A DNA stretch of 64,000 nucleotides, taken from IMG/VR virus record IMGVR_UViG_3300025840_004398. One strand, 5' to 3'. Of this stretch, positions 37,318-46,630 are shown one piece after another. The first letter of the stretch is position 1; each line of letters begins with the position of its first letter. The notes under the pieces are model-generated. The model saw nothing but the letters and a program-made list of their open reading frames with translations. It made no database searches and had not been told where the DNA came from. Origin of the DNA: a virus. Taxonomy: Duplodnaviria; Caudoviricetes. Both the position numbers and the translations under genes were made by a program.

Positions 37318-38453
37318 TGGCTAACAAGAGAATAACAGAATTAAACACCCATACCTCACCTCAATTAAGTGATTTAATTGCTATTGTCAATAGTAATGAA
37401 ACTAAAAAAATTGCGTATGGTACTCTTTACTATGGTATTAGAGATGGTTTAGTTTCTGGTTCTTCTCAAATTACTTTAGGTGATACTAATGGATTTACCG
37501 AATTTTCATCTTCATTATCAGCTTCTATTGCTGCAGGAACAAACGAACAAGACCTTTCTAATTACGCACTCATTAGTGGTGGTAATGATTTTATTGGTAA
37601 CCAAACCCTAACAGGTTCTCTTTTCGTAAGTGGTGGAGTGGAGTTAGGTGGTGATATTTTTCCAAAAACACCTCAAGGTGCAACATTAGGAACTGTTGAT
37701 AAACCATTTGCAGATTTATTTATTCAATCGGGTTCTATTTCTATTGAATCAGATACACCTGGTGACCCATCTGCTATTATTTCTAATAACAATGGTAACT
37801 TGGAAATATCAGTTGGAGGTATGTTACTTGTTGAATATGGTTCATCCTTTATTGCACCAACTGGTTCTTTTGATAAGATATCAGCTGATTTACAAGAAGG
37901 ATATATGTGGGTTGGTGATAGTAGTAACAAGAATACTCCAATACCAACAGGTTCATTTGTACAAACATCTCAAACAGGTTCTTTTGTTCAATCAGCTTAT
38001 ATTTCACTTTATTCAACACAATCACAACAATTAGTTGAATCAGGTTCTGCACAACCTGTAACTTATTCTAATGTTTGGACACAGAGGGGAGTAAGTTTAG
38101 TTTCGGGTTCTCAAATTGTAATGGAGAAAGCAGGAACTTATCAGTTTAATTTTGTTGCCCAAATTACAAATACTGAAAACGCAGTACATGATTCTTACTT
38201 TTGGATAAAGTATAATGGAAGTAACTTTCCAAATTCATCAACTCAAATGTCTTTATTAGCAAGAAAGAACGATAGTACCCCATCTGCTCAATTGATGACG
38301 GTGAATATAGTTGGAGTTGCTCAAAACGATGGGGATTATATTGAATTATATTGGACAGGTGATAGTGATACTATACGACTAAATGAAACTCCTAGTGATG
38401 GAGTTAAACCAGAAACACCTTCAGTAATTGCAAACATAATAAGAGTAGGATAA
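37317..38453 (+). CDS. Putative virion fibre/structural protein with C-terminal beta-sandwich (C1q/gp9-10-like) domain
   Basis: MANKRITEL... N-terminus, SGS-rich strands like those of the fibre genes, C-terminal KAGTYQFNFVAQ...FWIKYNG...DYIELYW. Confidence 0.5.
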   Translation: MANKRITELNTHTSPQLSDLIAIVNSNETKKIAYGTLYYGIRDGLVSGSSQITLGDTNGFTEFSSSLSASIAAGTNEQDLSNYALISGGNDFIGNQTLTGSLFVSGGVELGGDIFPKTPQGATLGTVDKPFADLFIQSGSISIESDTPGDPSAIISNNNGNLEISVGGMLLVEYGSSFIAPTGSFDKISADLQEGYMWVGDSSNKNTPIPTGSFVQTSQTGSFVQSAYISLYSTQSQQLVESGSAQPVTYSNVWTQRGVSLVSGSQIVMEKAGTYQFNFVAQITNTENAVHDSYFWIKYNGSNFPNSSTQMSLLARKNDSTPSAQLMTVNIVGVAQNDGDYIELYWTGDSDTIRLNETPSDGVKPETPSVIANIIRVG

Positions 38454-38454
38454 T

Positions 38455-40530
38455 ATGAAACACACTCAACTCATAGACGAATTATTACAAGAACTTAATA
38501 CACGAGTTGGTATCGTTAACATATACGATAAAGACCAACAATTTATCATGTCTGAAATTCTTACAGAATGGGGTGAGTTCGAAGCGAAAGAAAAAATCTT
38601 TAGATTCTTAAATGAAGCAGAACCAAACAAAAATGATGAAAGATATAAATCTATTGGATTTGGTAGATTTAAGTTAAAAGGTAAAGAAGGTGAAAACGAC
38701 CCAACTTACGAAAAAGATGATAAAGGTAATTATGTAAAGTTGGCTAAAAAAGATGGTGAAGGTGGTGGTGATGGAGAAACTCCACAACAAGGAACTGCAT
38801 TAAAAGGTAAAGGTGGACAGGATTATAAATCCAGATTACCAAAAGGAGACCCTGCTTCTACTAAATTATCCGATATTGAAAGTAAAATAGAGTCATCTGT
38901 ACCTGAATATCAAATAAAACATTATAAAGAAATTGCTAAAGAAGAATCGGTGAAGATAGAAGGTGATACTTCTAAATCTGATAGAACAAAATCTATACAA
39001 AATTTATACGCCAAATTACAACTAATATCTATGGGAGAAGATATTGAGTTGAGTGATAGTGATATTTCTAATTTATCTAAATTAATAATTAGTGGTAACC
39101 CAAGAAGTGGTCAGTTATATGATTCTACCATGGGTATGAGTAAAGCAGATGGTATTCAATCAGTTAGTAATAACTCACCTAACTATGCAAATAGAAATAT
39201 AGATAAAAATGAATTATTGAATAATTGGAACAATGTAGTAAAATACATGGATTCTAAAGACATACCTAAAGAATCACGACCTAAATTTAAAGCAGGTGTA
39301 AATACTTTGATTGATAATCCTCCAAAAGTAGGACATAATCCTGTTAGCATGAAACCAAACAGATTAATGGAATCTGTACCCAAGACACCAGCAAATGAGT
39401 TATTAGAAGATAAAACCATTTCTGATTTAAAAGAAAAACAAGGAATTGAGGTAGGTGACGATGACCTTTTTGGTGTACCACTTGACAGAAATAACCCAAA
39501 AAGTTTTTTAGATAATATTAATTTGGTATCTAAATCAACAACACAATATATTGATAGTGTAAATTCACCTGATACTAAGGCATATTTTGATAAGTTTAGT
39601 AATGGTATTGATAGTATCATTAATGATGAATCTTTATCAGACGACCAAAAACTTGAAAAAATAAATAAAGAATTACCACAATTATTTACACAACTTTATA
39701 ATGATTCTCTTGAAGTTTCTGATGATGAAGCTAAGAATGTTCTAAAAGATTTTGGAGAATTGGTGGTTTATATGGATTTCTTGAGTAAAAAAGAAGAAGT
39801 TTATTTACCAGTTTCTGGTAATTATCCACTTGGAGATGTTATTGTTGTTAAAAGAGATGGTAATGGAGATGCACTAACGATAGATAGTGTAAGTATCAAA
39901 TCACAAAGAGGAAAAGAAGAGCAACCTGGTTCATCTGCAATGGAATTTTGTAAACACTTTGCAAATGTTTATCCTGAACATAAAAATACATTTGAATCTT
40001 TGGGTGCATTGCACACAAATTCAGTAGATAAAGTAAAGTTTGAAGATATTCGTGATGAAAAAATTAAAAAAGAAATTGAATCCATTCAAAAGTTAAATGA
40101 TATGAAATCATTTGATGATGCTAAAAAAGTTTGTGATGAACTTGGATTGGATTGGGATAAAGTTAATACATCTTTAGAAAGAACTCATTATCCAAAATAT
40201 CAAAATGAGATAGAATTTTCAGCTAAATCTATGAGGAATGTTGTTAAAGAATTAGTTTATAGACAATATTCTTTTAATAAAACACTTAATACTATGTCTG
40301 AACTCAACTTAGATACTAAACTTAAATTTGTAGAAGTTGTAGTAGAACCAGAAGAAGTTGCAGTTAGACCAAAAGGTGAAAATTCTACAACTTCTGATTT
40401 CGGTGCACATGATAAGGGATACTTAGGTAAAGGAAAAATCATAAAAGACCCACCCCCTCCGAGGGTAGGACCTGTAAAATACGAAAGTGCAAACATGGCA
40501 CTAAGGTATAAGCCAAAAAAATCTGAATAA
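38455..40530 (+). CDS. Large hypothetical protein, possible C-terminal PD-(D/E)xK nuclease fold
   Basis: 691 aa, charged; DFGELVVY...YPLGDVIVV...IDSVSIK pattern. Confidence 0.35.
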   Translation: MKHTQLIDELLQELNTRVGIVNIYDKDQQFIMSEILTEWGEFEAKEKIFRFLNEAEPNKNDERYKSIGFGRFKLKGKEGENDPTYEKDDKGNYVKLAKKDGEGGGDGETPQQGTALKGKGGQDYKSRLPKGDPASTKLSDIESKIESSVPEYQIKHYKEIAKEESVKIEGDTSKSDRTKSIQNLYAKLQLISMGEDIELSDSDISNLSKLIISGNPRSGQLYDSTMGMSKADGIQSVSNNSPNYANRNIDKNELLNNWNNVVKYMDSKDIPKESRPKFKAGVNTLIDNPPKVGHNPVSMKPNRLMESVPKTPANELLEDKTISDLKEKQGIEVGDDDLFGVPLDRNNPKSFLDNINLVSKSTTQYIDSVNSPDTKAYFDKFSNGIDSIINDESLSDDQKLEKINKELPQLFTQLYNDSLEVSDDEAKNVLKDFGELVVYMDFLSKKEEVYLPVSGNYPLGDVIVVKRDGNGDALTIDSVSIKSQRGKEEQPGSSAMEFCKHFANVYPEHKNTFESLGALHTNSVDKVKFEDIRDEKIKKEIESIQKLNDMKSFDDAKKVCDELGLDWDKVNTSLERTHYPKYQNEIEFSAKSMRNVVKELVYRQYSFNKTLNTMSELNLDTKLKFVEVVVEPEEVAVRPKGENSTTSDFGAHDKGYLGKGKIIKDPPPPRVGPVKYESANMALRYKPKKSE

Positions 40531-40532
40531 TA

Positions 40533-40564
40533 TTTGGCCAATTCAAATATTTTTTGTATCTTTG
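40533..40564 (+). promoter_or_regulatory. Bacteroidota-type sigma promoter (TTTG-N20-TATCTTTG)
   Basis: Intergenic, upstream of the HNH gene; AATATTTG/CAAATATT inverted repeat overlaps -33. Confidence 0.8.
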
Positions 40565-40587
40565 TAAAAATTTTTAAACTTTAATAT

Positions 40588-41931
40588 ATGAATACTTTAA
40601 ATCAAGTAAGGGATTTTATTACCCAAGAATTAAATGAATTAAACAATTTAAATGGAGCAAAACAATTAACAAGAAAATCGTTAATTCAAACATTCCAAAA
40701 ATCTATTGAAGAATTACCAAAAGAACATCTTGATAGTATATTAGGTGTTTTCCTTAAAGGTCTACAATTTGAAGAAAGACTAAATTCTGGATTGGGTAAA
40801 AATAGATTAACCTACAAAGATGTACAATCTTTATTTAGTAAATACAATTATCTTATCGATTCTTATGGTGATGGTAACCCTAACCATGTAAAAAACTTCG
40901 TTACAGAATCAAGACCTATTCAAATTTCAGAAAACTTCATAATTTCATCATTTGAACTTTTACCAAAAGAAATGAAAGATTCATTAACTGGCAAAGGTGG
41001 TGTTGGTGATGTTGGTAAAAAACATCAATTTTTAGGATATACTACTGAAAGTGGAAGAATTACATCAGACCGAACTGATGAATATATTACAGGAATACAT
41101 CGTGGTAGTGCTGGTAACAAAGATAGAGGTAGATTCGTTTGGAGAGTTATTTTAGAACAAGGTGGTATAGACCCATATACAGGTAATAAATTAGACCTCA
41201 ACTCTATTGATTTGGAGCATGTTGTTGCATTTGACAATAGTGATAATGGTCAACCCACTATGGATGATTATATGGCAAGAGAACATGATGACAATATTAT
41301 TATCTGTAATACCAATGTAAATCAAATGAAAAATAATCTTTCTATGAAAGACTTTTTAGACCAAAGAGTTTTACCTGAAACTACCAAAACCAAAGAAGAG
41401 TTTGAAATGATTGATGAGTTATATGAAATTGCCAATAACTTTTCTGATATTACTAAACAAAAGGCAACTGAATTGGTAGAACAACTTGAAAATAAAACAA
41501 TTTCGGCAGAATCACTTTTAAGTATATTTGAAGAATGGGATAGTAAAGTTAAAACCATAAAAGATAATGCTCGTAAAGTTATAGAAAATCCAAGAGATAG
41601 AAGTAAAATTACATCACTTAAATCAGAATTGGGTAAAAATATAATTCAATCAATGGGATTGAGTAGAGGACTTACACATCATAGTGGTAGAAGAACAGTT
41701 AAACTTACTTCTGATAACATTTATAGAGGATATATAGTTTCTATGGTTGAAAATTTCGAAAATAATAGTAATTATAAATCAGAATGGGAACAAGCGCGCT
41801 TGGTTGGTAATGAATATGCTAAAACAATGGGTTCTAACGGACAACCGGCTATGTTAGAGTATATCCTCAAAAACAAACTCATATCAAATAGAGTTTTGCA
41901 AGATAAAAAAATGTCAAAAGTATGGAATTAA
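40588..41931 (+). CDS. HNH endonuclease-domain protein
   Basis: QGGIDPYTGNKLDLNSIDLEHVVAFD...NIIICNTNVNQMKNN (H-N-N ββα-Me pattern). Confidence 0.7.
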   Translation: MNTLNQVRDFITQELNELNNLNGAKQLTRKSLIQTFQKSIEELPKEHLDSILGVFLKGLQFEERLNSGLGKNRLTYKDVQSLFSKYNYLIDSYGDGNPNHVKNFVTESRPIQISENFIISSFELLPKEMKDSLTGKGGVGDVGKKHQFLGYTTESGRITSDRTDEYITGIHRGSAGNKDRGRFVWRVILEQGGIDPYTGNKLDLNSIDLEHVVAFDNSDNGQPTMDDYMAREHDDNIIICNTNVNQMKNNLSMKDFLDQRVLPETTKTKEEFEMIDELYEIANNFSDITKQKATELVEQLENKTISAESLLSIFEEWDSKVKTIKDNARKVIENPRDRSKITSLKSELGKNIIQSMGLSRGLTHHSGRRTVKLTSDNIYRGYIVSMVENFENNSNYKSEWEQARLVGNEYAKTMGSNGQPAMLEYILKNKLISNRVLQDKKMSKVWN

Positions 41932-42014
41932 ATTTAAATATTAAAAATAACAACTCTAATTGGGGTTTAGATTAAAGAGTTCTCATTATCTCAACCTTTC
42001 CTTTAATATTTTTA

Positions 42015-42022
42015 TATTTATA
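42015..42022 (+). promoter_or_regulatory. Putative late-promoter motif TATTTATA
   Basis: Intergenic, upstream of ORF 42049. Confidence 0.45.
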
Positions 42023-42048
42023 TAAGAATAAAACGATAGGAAAGATAA

Positions 42049-42450
42049 ATGCAAACACAGTTACTCTGTACATTTACAAACAAAGAGGAACTACAAAATA
42101 CCCTACAACTTATTAGAGAGACATATCACATAGTTTACAACTATATCTATGTACTCCAAAATAAGGGTAATTTGGATGAACTTTTTATTACATATAATAT
42201 CGATACTGAATATAGACCAGAGAAACCTTTGGAAGATACTATATTGGTACATCGTAAAAAACAAAGTAATACACTATATACTATTAACGCACTCAACGAG
42301 TTAGTTAAAGAAGAGAATGGTGGGGTTTTAGATAAATCTTTTTCTATCGATTGGGATAAATTCAAAAACTCAATTATAGTTACCAACGTAGAGGGAACAA
42401 AGAAAATCTCTACCAGAATCTTCGAGGTAATAGAATTTAATGAAAAATAG
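42049..42450 (+). CDS. Hypothetical protein
   Basis: 133-aa ORF with an AGGA site upstream. Confidence 0.65.
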   Translation: MQTQLLCTFTNKEELQNTLQLIRETYHIVYNYIYVLQNKGNLDELFITYNIDTEYRPEKPLEDTILVHRKKQSNTLYTINALNELVKEENGGVLDKSFSIDWDKFKNSIIVTNVEGTKKISTRIFEVIEFNEK

Positions 42451-42467
42451 TTACAAAACACTGCAAA

Positions 42468-43076
42468 ATGATAAATGATATTTTTGTATTTGATGATATA
42501 ATATCAAAAGAAAATCAAAATATTTTAGAAGATTATGTTAAAAACCATCCACATGGGTGGACTTATGGAAGTAATATATCCTATTTACAAACTGGATATG
42601 AATTTGGTCAGTATGTCTTACCTCCCACTTATAATTTTAATTCTAAAATTTTAGATATTATACACGAAATTGAAAAAAATGTTTGTGATAGATTAGAAAA
42701 AAAATTCCTAAAAAATTACAGATTCAAAATTAACTTACTAAAAGTTTCTGAAAATCCGATAGGTAAAGAAATCAAAAAAGCTATACATATTGATAGAGAT
42801 AATCCTCATGTATCGTTAGTTTACTACATAAACAATACTGATGGGAATACTTCATTTTATAATTTTAAAGGAGATAATCTTAAAAACCTTCTTAAATATG
42901 TTGATAATAGTCAATTTAATAAATTTGAATTATTAAAAGAAGTTAGTCCAAAAAAAGGAAGAGTTGCTGTTTTTGATGGAATGACACCACATCATTCTAA
43001 TTATCCAACTAAGAAAGATAGATATATTGTGAATATGAACATAGTAATAGAAGAAGATAAAAAAACTTTACTATGA
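42468..43076 (+). CDS. 2OG-Fe(II) oxygenase (prolyl-hydroxylase-like)
   Basis: IHID (HxD), SLVYYINNTDGNT, KKGRVAVFDG..PHH, RYIVNMN. Confidence 0.8.
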   Translation: MINDIFVFDDIISKENQNILEDYVKNHPHGWTYGSNISYLQTGYEFGQYVLPPTYNFNSKILDIIHEIEKNVCDRLEKKFLKNYRFKINLLKVSENPIGKEIKKAIHIDRDNPHVSLVYYINNTDGNTSFYNFKGDNLKNLLKYVDNSQFNKFELLKEVSPKKGRVAVFDGMTPHHSNYPTKKDRYIVNMNIVIEEDKKTLL

Positions 43077-44056
43077 ATACATTAGATAAACAATACCAAG
43101 ATTTACTTCAAGATATCTTAGAGAATGGGGTTGAAAAAGAAGATAGAACGGGTACTGGTACACTATCAGTATTTGGTAGACAAATCAGACACAACCTTAA
43201 CGATGAGTTTCCACTACTTACCACAAAGAAGATGGCAATCAAATCTATTATGACAGAACTTAAATGGTTCTTAAAAGGAGATACTAACATCAAATATTTA
43301 GTTGACAATGGATGTAACATTTGGAATGGTGATGCATATAAGAACTACCGTATGAAACAAGTTCCTCATGACCACTTTGAAACCGAAGAAGAGTTTATAG
43401 AACTTATCAAAACTAATGATAAGTTTGCAGAAAAGTGGGGTGAGTTAGGACCTATCTATGGTAAACAATGGAGAGATTGGAACAGAGTAGACCAAATCAA
43501 AACTATTATAGAAACTCTTAAAACTAATCCTGATAGTAGAAGAATTATGTTATCTGCTTGGAATGTTTCTGAATTAGACCAAGTAGTTTTACCTCCATGC
43601 CATTATGGTTTCCAACTATACACACGAGTACTTGATTTAGATGAAAGAATAGATTGGTATAATAAGAACTCAGACCCATCTCACCAATCAAGAGATTACT
43701 TCCACGAACATATGGATGATTATGCAGTTCCTCGTAGAGTTATTTCTCTTATGTGGAATCAACGTTCAGTAGATACGTTCTTAGGGTTACCATTTAACAT
43801 TGCTTCTTACGCTATGTTATTACATTTGATTGCAAACGAAGTTAATATGATGCCTGGTGAAATCATTGGTAATCTTGGTGATACTCACTTATACAAAAAT
43901 CATATTGAACAAGCAGAAGAACAAATCTCACGAGAACCAAAACCACATTTACCAAAATTAAAATTGAGTAATGTGGATATTTTAAATGGTGAATTTGATT
44001 ATGAAATTTTACATTATCATTCTCATCCAACAATTAAAGCACCTTTAAGTAATTAG
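43073..44056 (+). CDS. thyA: Thymidylate synthase
   Basis: DRTGTGT, FPLLTTKK, LGPIYGKQWR, PDSRR, LPPCHYGFQ, QRSVDTFLGLPFNIASY, HLYKNH. Confidence 0.97.
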   Translation: MNTLDKQYQDLLQDILENGVEKEDRTGTGTLSVFGRQIRHNLNDEFPLLTTKKMAIKSIMTELKWFLKGDTNIKYLVDNGCNIWNGDAYKNYRMKQVPHDHFETEEEFIELIKTNDKFAEKWGELGPIYGKQWRDWNRVDQIKTIIETLKTNPDSRRIMLSAWNVSELDQVVLPPCHYGFQLYTRVLDLDERIDWYNKNSDPSHQSRDYFHEHMDDYAVPRRVISLMWNQRSVDTFLGLPFNIASYAMLLHLIANEVNMMPGEIIGNLGDTHLYKNHIEQAEEQISREPKPHLPKLKLSNVDILNGEFDYEILHYHSHPTIKAPLSN

Positions 44057-44057
44057 T

Positions 44058-44366
44058 ATGGAAATAGATGTTTTAGATATTTTAAAATCATGGTCTATAA
44101 AATTAAATCCAAACAAAAAACAATCTAAAATAGCAAAAGATAGATTGGAAATATGTATAGGTACAGATACGACAGATAAATGTGAATATGTAAATGAATA
44201 TATATCCGGTAAAAAATGGTCTTGTGTTTGTAGTGTATGTGGATGTGCTATATCTGCTAAGGTATTTTCTCCAACTGTTAATGCATGTCCTAAAAATAAA
44301 TGGATAAATGTTGATAAAAATAACGGTTTGATTACGGATGATAAAAAAGATAGTACTCTATTTTAA
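44058..44366 (+). CDS. Small Cys-rich protein (RL.IC...C...CxxCGC...K......CP.xKW, DUF6171-like)
   Basis: RLEICIG...KCEY...CVCSVCGCAISAKV...ACPKNKW. Confidence 0.6.
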   Translation: MEIDVLDILKSWSIKLNPNKKQSKIAKDRLEICIGTDTTDKCEYVNEYISGKKWSCVCSVCGCAISAKVFSPTVNACPKNKWINVDKNNGLITDDKKDSTLF

Positions 44367-44375
44367 TTTTCTATA

Positions 44376-44383
44376 TATTTATT
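44376..44383 (+). promoter_or_regulatory. Putative late-promoter variant TATTTATT
   Basis: CTATATATTTATT upstream of ORF 44411. Confidence 0.35.
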
Positions 44384-44410
44384 AATAAATAAATAAAAGG
44401 CTTTTATATT

Positions 44411-46417
44411 ATGAGAGGAACATTAATAGGCAGTGATTTATTACAGAGTGGAAGCTCTGTAAAAATATTAGAAATAAATACTAATACATCAATAAATAAC
44501 GAAGGTGTTTTAGAATTATACTTTGAAGGACTATTTGACATGATAGTTTCAAATAGTATAGATGAATTTCATTATATATATACAGAAGGTGTATCATGGC
44601 CGGATTCACCTGATTCCAAAGACTATCCTACTGCTAATTATTTTGAAGATGAGATAAAAAGACAGTGTTTGAATAAAGGACTAACTTACACGGCTCATCC
44701 TGTTGTCAAAAATTCAATTACAGTACCATCAATAACAGATGCTGATAATAAATTTATATTAAGACAGGCTTTTGATGTATCTGCTATAGTTGATTCTACT
44801 TATTGTGCAGATAAACTGGAGTTTTTTAAATTAATGAGTGGTTCGGAATACATTCCAAAAACTTACCTTTCTGGTTCATCTGATTTGTATTTAGATTCAT
44901 TTGATTCTTCTTCCATTGATTTTAGCTCATCTGTTCCTAATTTTATAGAAAAATCAAGAAATGCAGAATACGATGTTAGTGAGTATCCTGCTGTTGGTAT
45001 TATATCTTCCAATGAACAATTAGATGAAAGAAAAGAAAGATTGGGAAGTAATAGACTAATACAAGAATTTATATCGGATGATTCAAATATTGAATCAAAT
45101 AGAAGAACTGTAATAAGAAGTATAGATATATTGTATGGAAGTGATTTAGATGTATTACATCTTGGAGCTTATAAAGTTTCTACTGAGGTTGATGTAGACT
45201 TTTGCGAAGATTCATATGCTACACAAGAATTAGCAGGTGGAACTACATATAGTAGTCAAGTTTTAGAAGGACCTTCTCGAATTAAATGGCTATTTAATAG
45301 ACATTTACAAGATAATATATCTCATTATCACTGTGATGGAGATGACACTGTTTTAATGGCAGATGGTAGCGAAAAAACATTTGAAGATTTAGAACTAAAT
45401 GATGTTGTAAAAACTCTATCATTTTCTTTAATTTCAGGTTCTTCTATAAATGGAGAGTCCGCTCCTGCAGAAGAATTCAGACATCATTATGGTAACTTTG
45501 ATTTACTTTCATCTTCTATAAGTGAAGTTACATCGTCTGTTGTAAATAAAACCGAAGTAAATCAAAGCGCTTTATACGTTAGTATATCTCTTGATAATGG
45601 TAGTACTATTATTGATGTTCCTGGTAGTAACTACCTTATAGAAGAGTCTGGTTCCGCATCTAATATGGTTTATTATACTGCTGCTAATTCACTCGTAGTA
45701 GGTGATAAAATAATTGTATATGAAGCTGCAACAGGACAATTGAGTAGATTAGAAGTTACAAATTTAGGAATAAAGTATCAGTACAACAAATTTTTAGGTA
45801 GTGTGGATGTTGAACCTTGGGATACTTATCTTCCAGAAATTACAAATGGATTTTATGCTATTCAACACAACCCTTGTAATTATTGTGGAAACTATTGGTA
45901 TCCATGTGGTAACTATTGGTGTGATTATAGTTGTTACTATTGTTCTGCTGGAGGTATTTGTTTTATAGCTGGAACTAAAATAAGTTTATCAAGTGGTGAA
46001 ACTAAAAATATTGAAGATATTGTAGTAGGTGATGAAGTTGTATCATACAATGAACAAACAGGTTTTCAAGAAAATAAATCTGTAACTGAGTTAAATCAAC
46101 CTATCCACGATGATTTAGTAAAATACACTTTCTCTAATGGAACTGAAATTACTTGTACATATGACCACCCATTCTATGTAAACGATATGAAGTTGGCATC
46201 TTATAAACCTGATTTGACAATTGCAAGATATGAATTAGGTGAAGTTTCTGCAATTAAAGTAGGTGATTTTGTATTTACACTTTCAGGTGATGTTGATGTA
46301 ACGATTCAAAGTATTGAAGAACTACCACTAGTAGATACTCAAACATATATTTTCTCAGTTGAAGATAATAACAACTTTTACGCAAACGAGATACTGACTC
46401 ATAATAAAAAATTCTAA
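44411..46417 (+). CDS. Multidomain autoprocessing protein: circularly permuted ATP-grasp-like domain + Hint + Cys-rich peptide + Hint
   Basis: GSDLL...KILEINTN, DKLEFFKL..YIPKTY, FIEKSR, LIQEFI, IRSIDIL (ATP-grasp-like). Hint1 is 45332-45871 (CDGDD...IQHN). Peptide is 45872-45958. Hint2 is 45959-46405 (CFIAGT...TCTYDHPF...LTHN). Confidence 0.7.
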   Translation: MRGTLIGSDLLQSGSSVKILEINTNTSINNEGVLELYFEGLFDMIVSNSIDEFHYIYTEGVSWPDSPDSKDYPTANYFEDEIKRQCLNKGLTYTAHPVVKNSITVPSITDADNKFILRQAFDVSAIVDSTYCADKLEFFKLMSGSEYIPKTYLSGSSDLYLDSFDSSSIDFSSSVPNFIEKSRNAEYDVSEYPAVGIISSNEQLDERKERLGSNRLIQEFISDDSNIESNRRTVIRSIDILYGSDLDVLHLGAYKVSTEVDVDFCEDSYATQELAGGTTYSSQVLEGPSRIKWLFNRHLQDNISHYHCDGDDTVLMADGSEKTFEDLELNDVVKTLSFSLISGSSINGESAPAEEFRHHYGNFDLLSSSISEVTSSVVNKTEVNQSALYVSISLDNGSTIIDVPGSNYLIEESGSASNMVYYTAANSLVVGDKIIVYEAATGQLSRLEVTNLGIKYQYNKFLGSVDVEPWDTYLPEITNGFYAIQHNPCNYCGNYWYPCGNYWCDYSCYYCSAGGICFIAGTKISLSSGETKNIEDIVVGDEVVSYNEQTGFQENKSVTELNQPIHDDLVKYTFSNGTEITCTYDHPFYVNDMKLASYKPDLTIARYELGEVSAIKVGDFVFTLSGDVDVTIQSIEELPLVDTQTYIFSVEDNNNFYANEILTHNKKF

Positions 46418-46435
46418 TAAAAAATTTAATTTGAT

Positions 46436-46561
46436 ATGGAAAAAATAAATAGAAATTGGATAATAAATAATAGAGTACATCCTGTTGATGGAAATACTAA
46501 AGAGCAAATTAAATTAGCAATACAAGATTTTGTTAATAGAGTAAAAGCTAGACATTTGTAA
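46436..46561 (+). CDS. Small protein (41 aa), not in the ORF track
   Basis: MEKINRNWIINNRVHPVDGNTKEQIKLAIQDFVNRVKARHL; fills the gap between the Hint gene and the next promoter. Confidence 0.45.
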   Translation: MEKINRNWIINNRVHPVDGNTKEQIKLAIQDFVNRVKARHL

Positions 46562-46576
46562 TTTTTTTTTAAAATA

Positions 46577-46608
46577 TTTGGAATTTAAAAATAAATTTCG
46601 TATATTTG
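46577..46608 (+). promoter_or_regulatory. Bacteroidota-type sigma promoter (TTTG-N20-TATATTTG)
   Basis: Intergenic, upstream of ORF 46631. Confidence 0.8.
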
Positions 46609-46630
46609 TATAAAATATAATTACTGATAT

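Noticed and set aside
40588-41931. Cas9/IscB call for the HNH protein
   Set aside because: Only the HNH motif is similar; no RuvC motifs, bridge helix or array were recognised.
41952-41981. Imperfect inverted repeat AACTCT...AGAGTT after the HNH gene
   Set aside because: Weak stem with bulges and no U-tract; not enough to call a terminator.
17807-46417. The three Hint domains as classical mobile inteins
   Set aside because: The residue after His-Asn is Lys or Pro rather than Cys/Ser/Thr, there is no homing endonuclease, and the host proteins are not conserved enzymes split at an active site. Treated as autoprocessing Hint domains instead.
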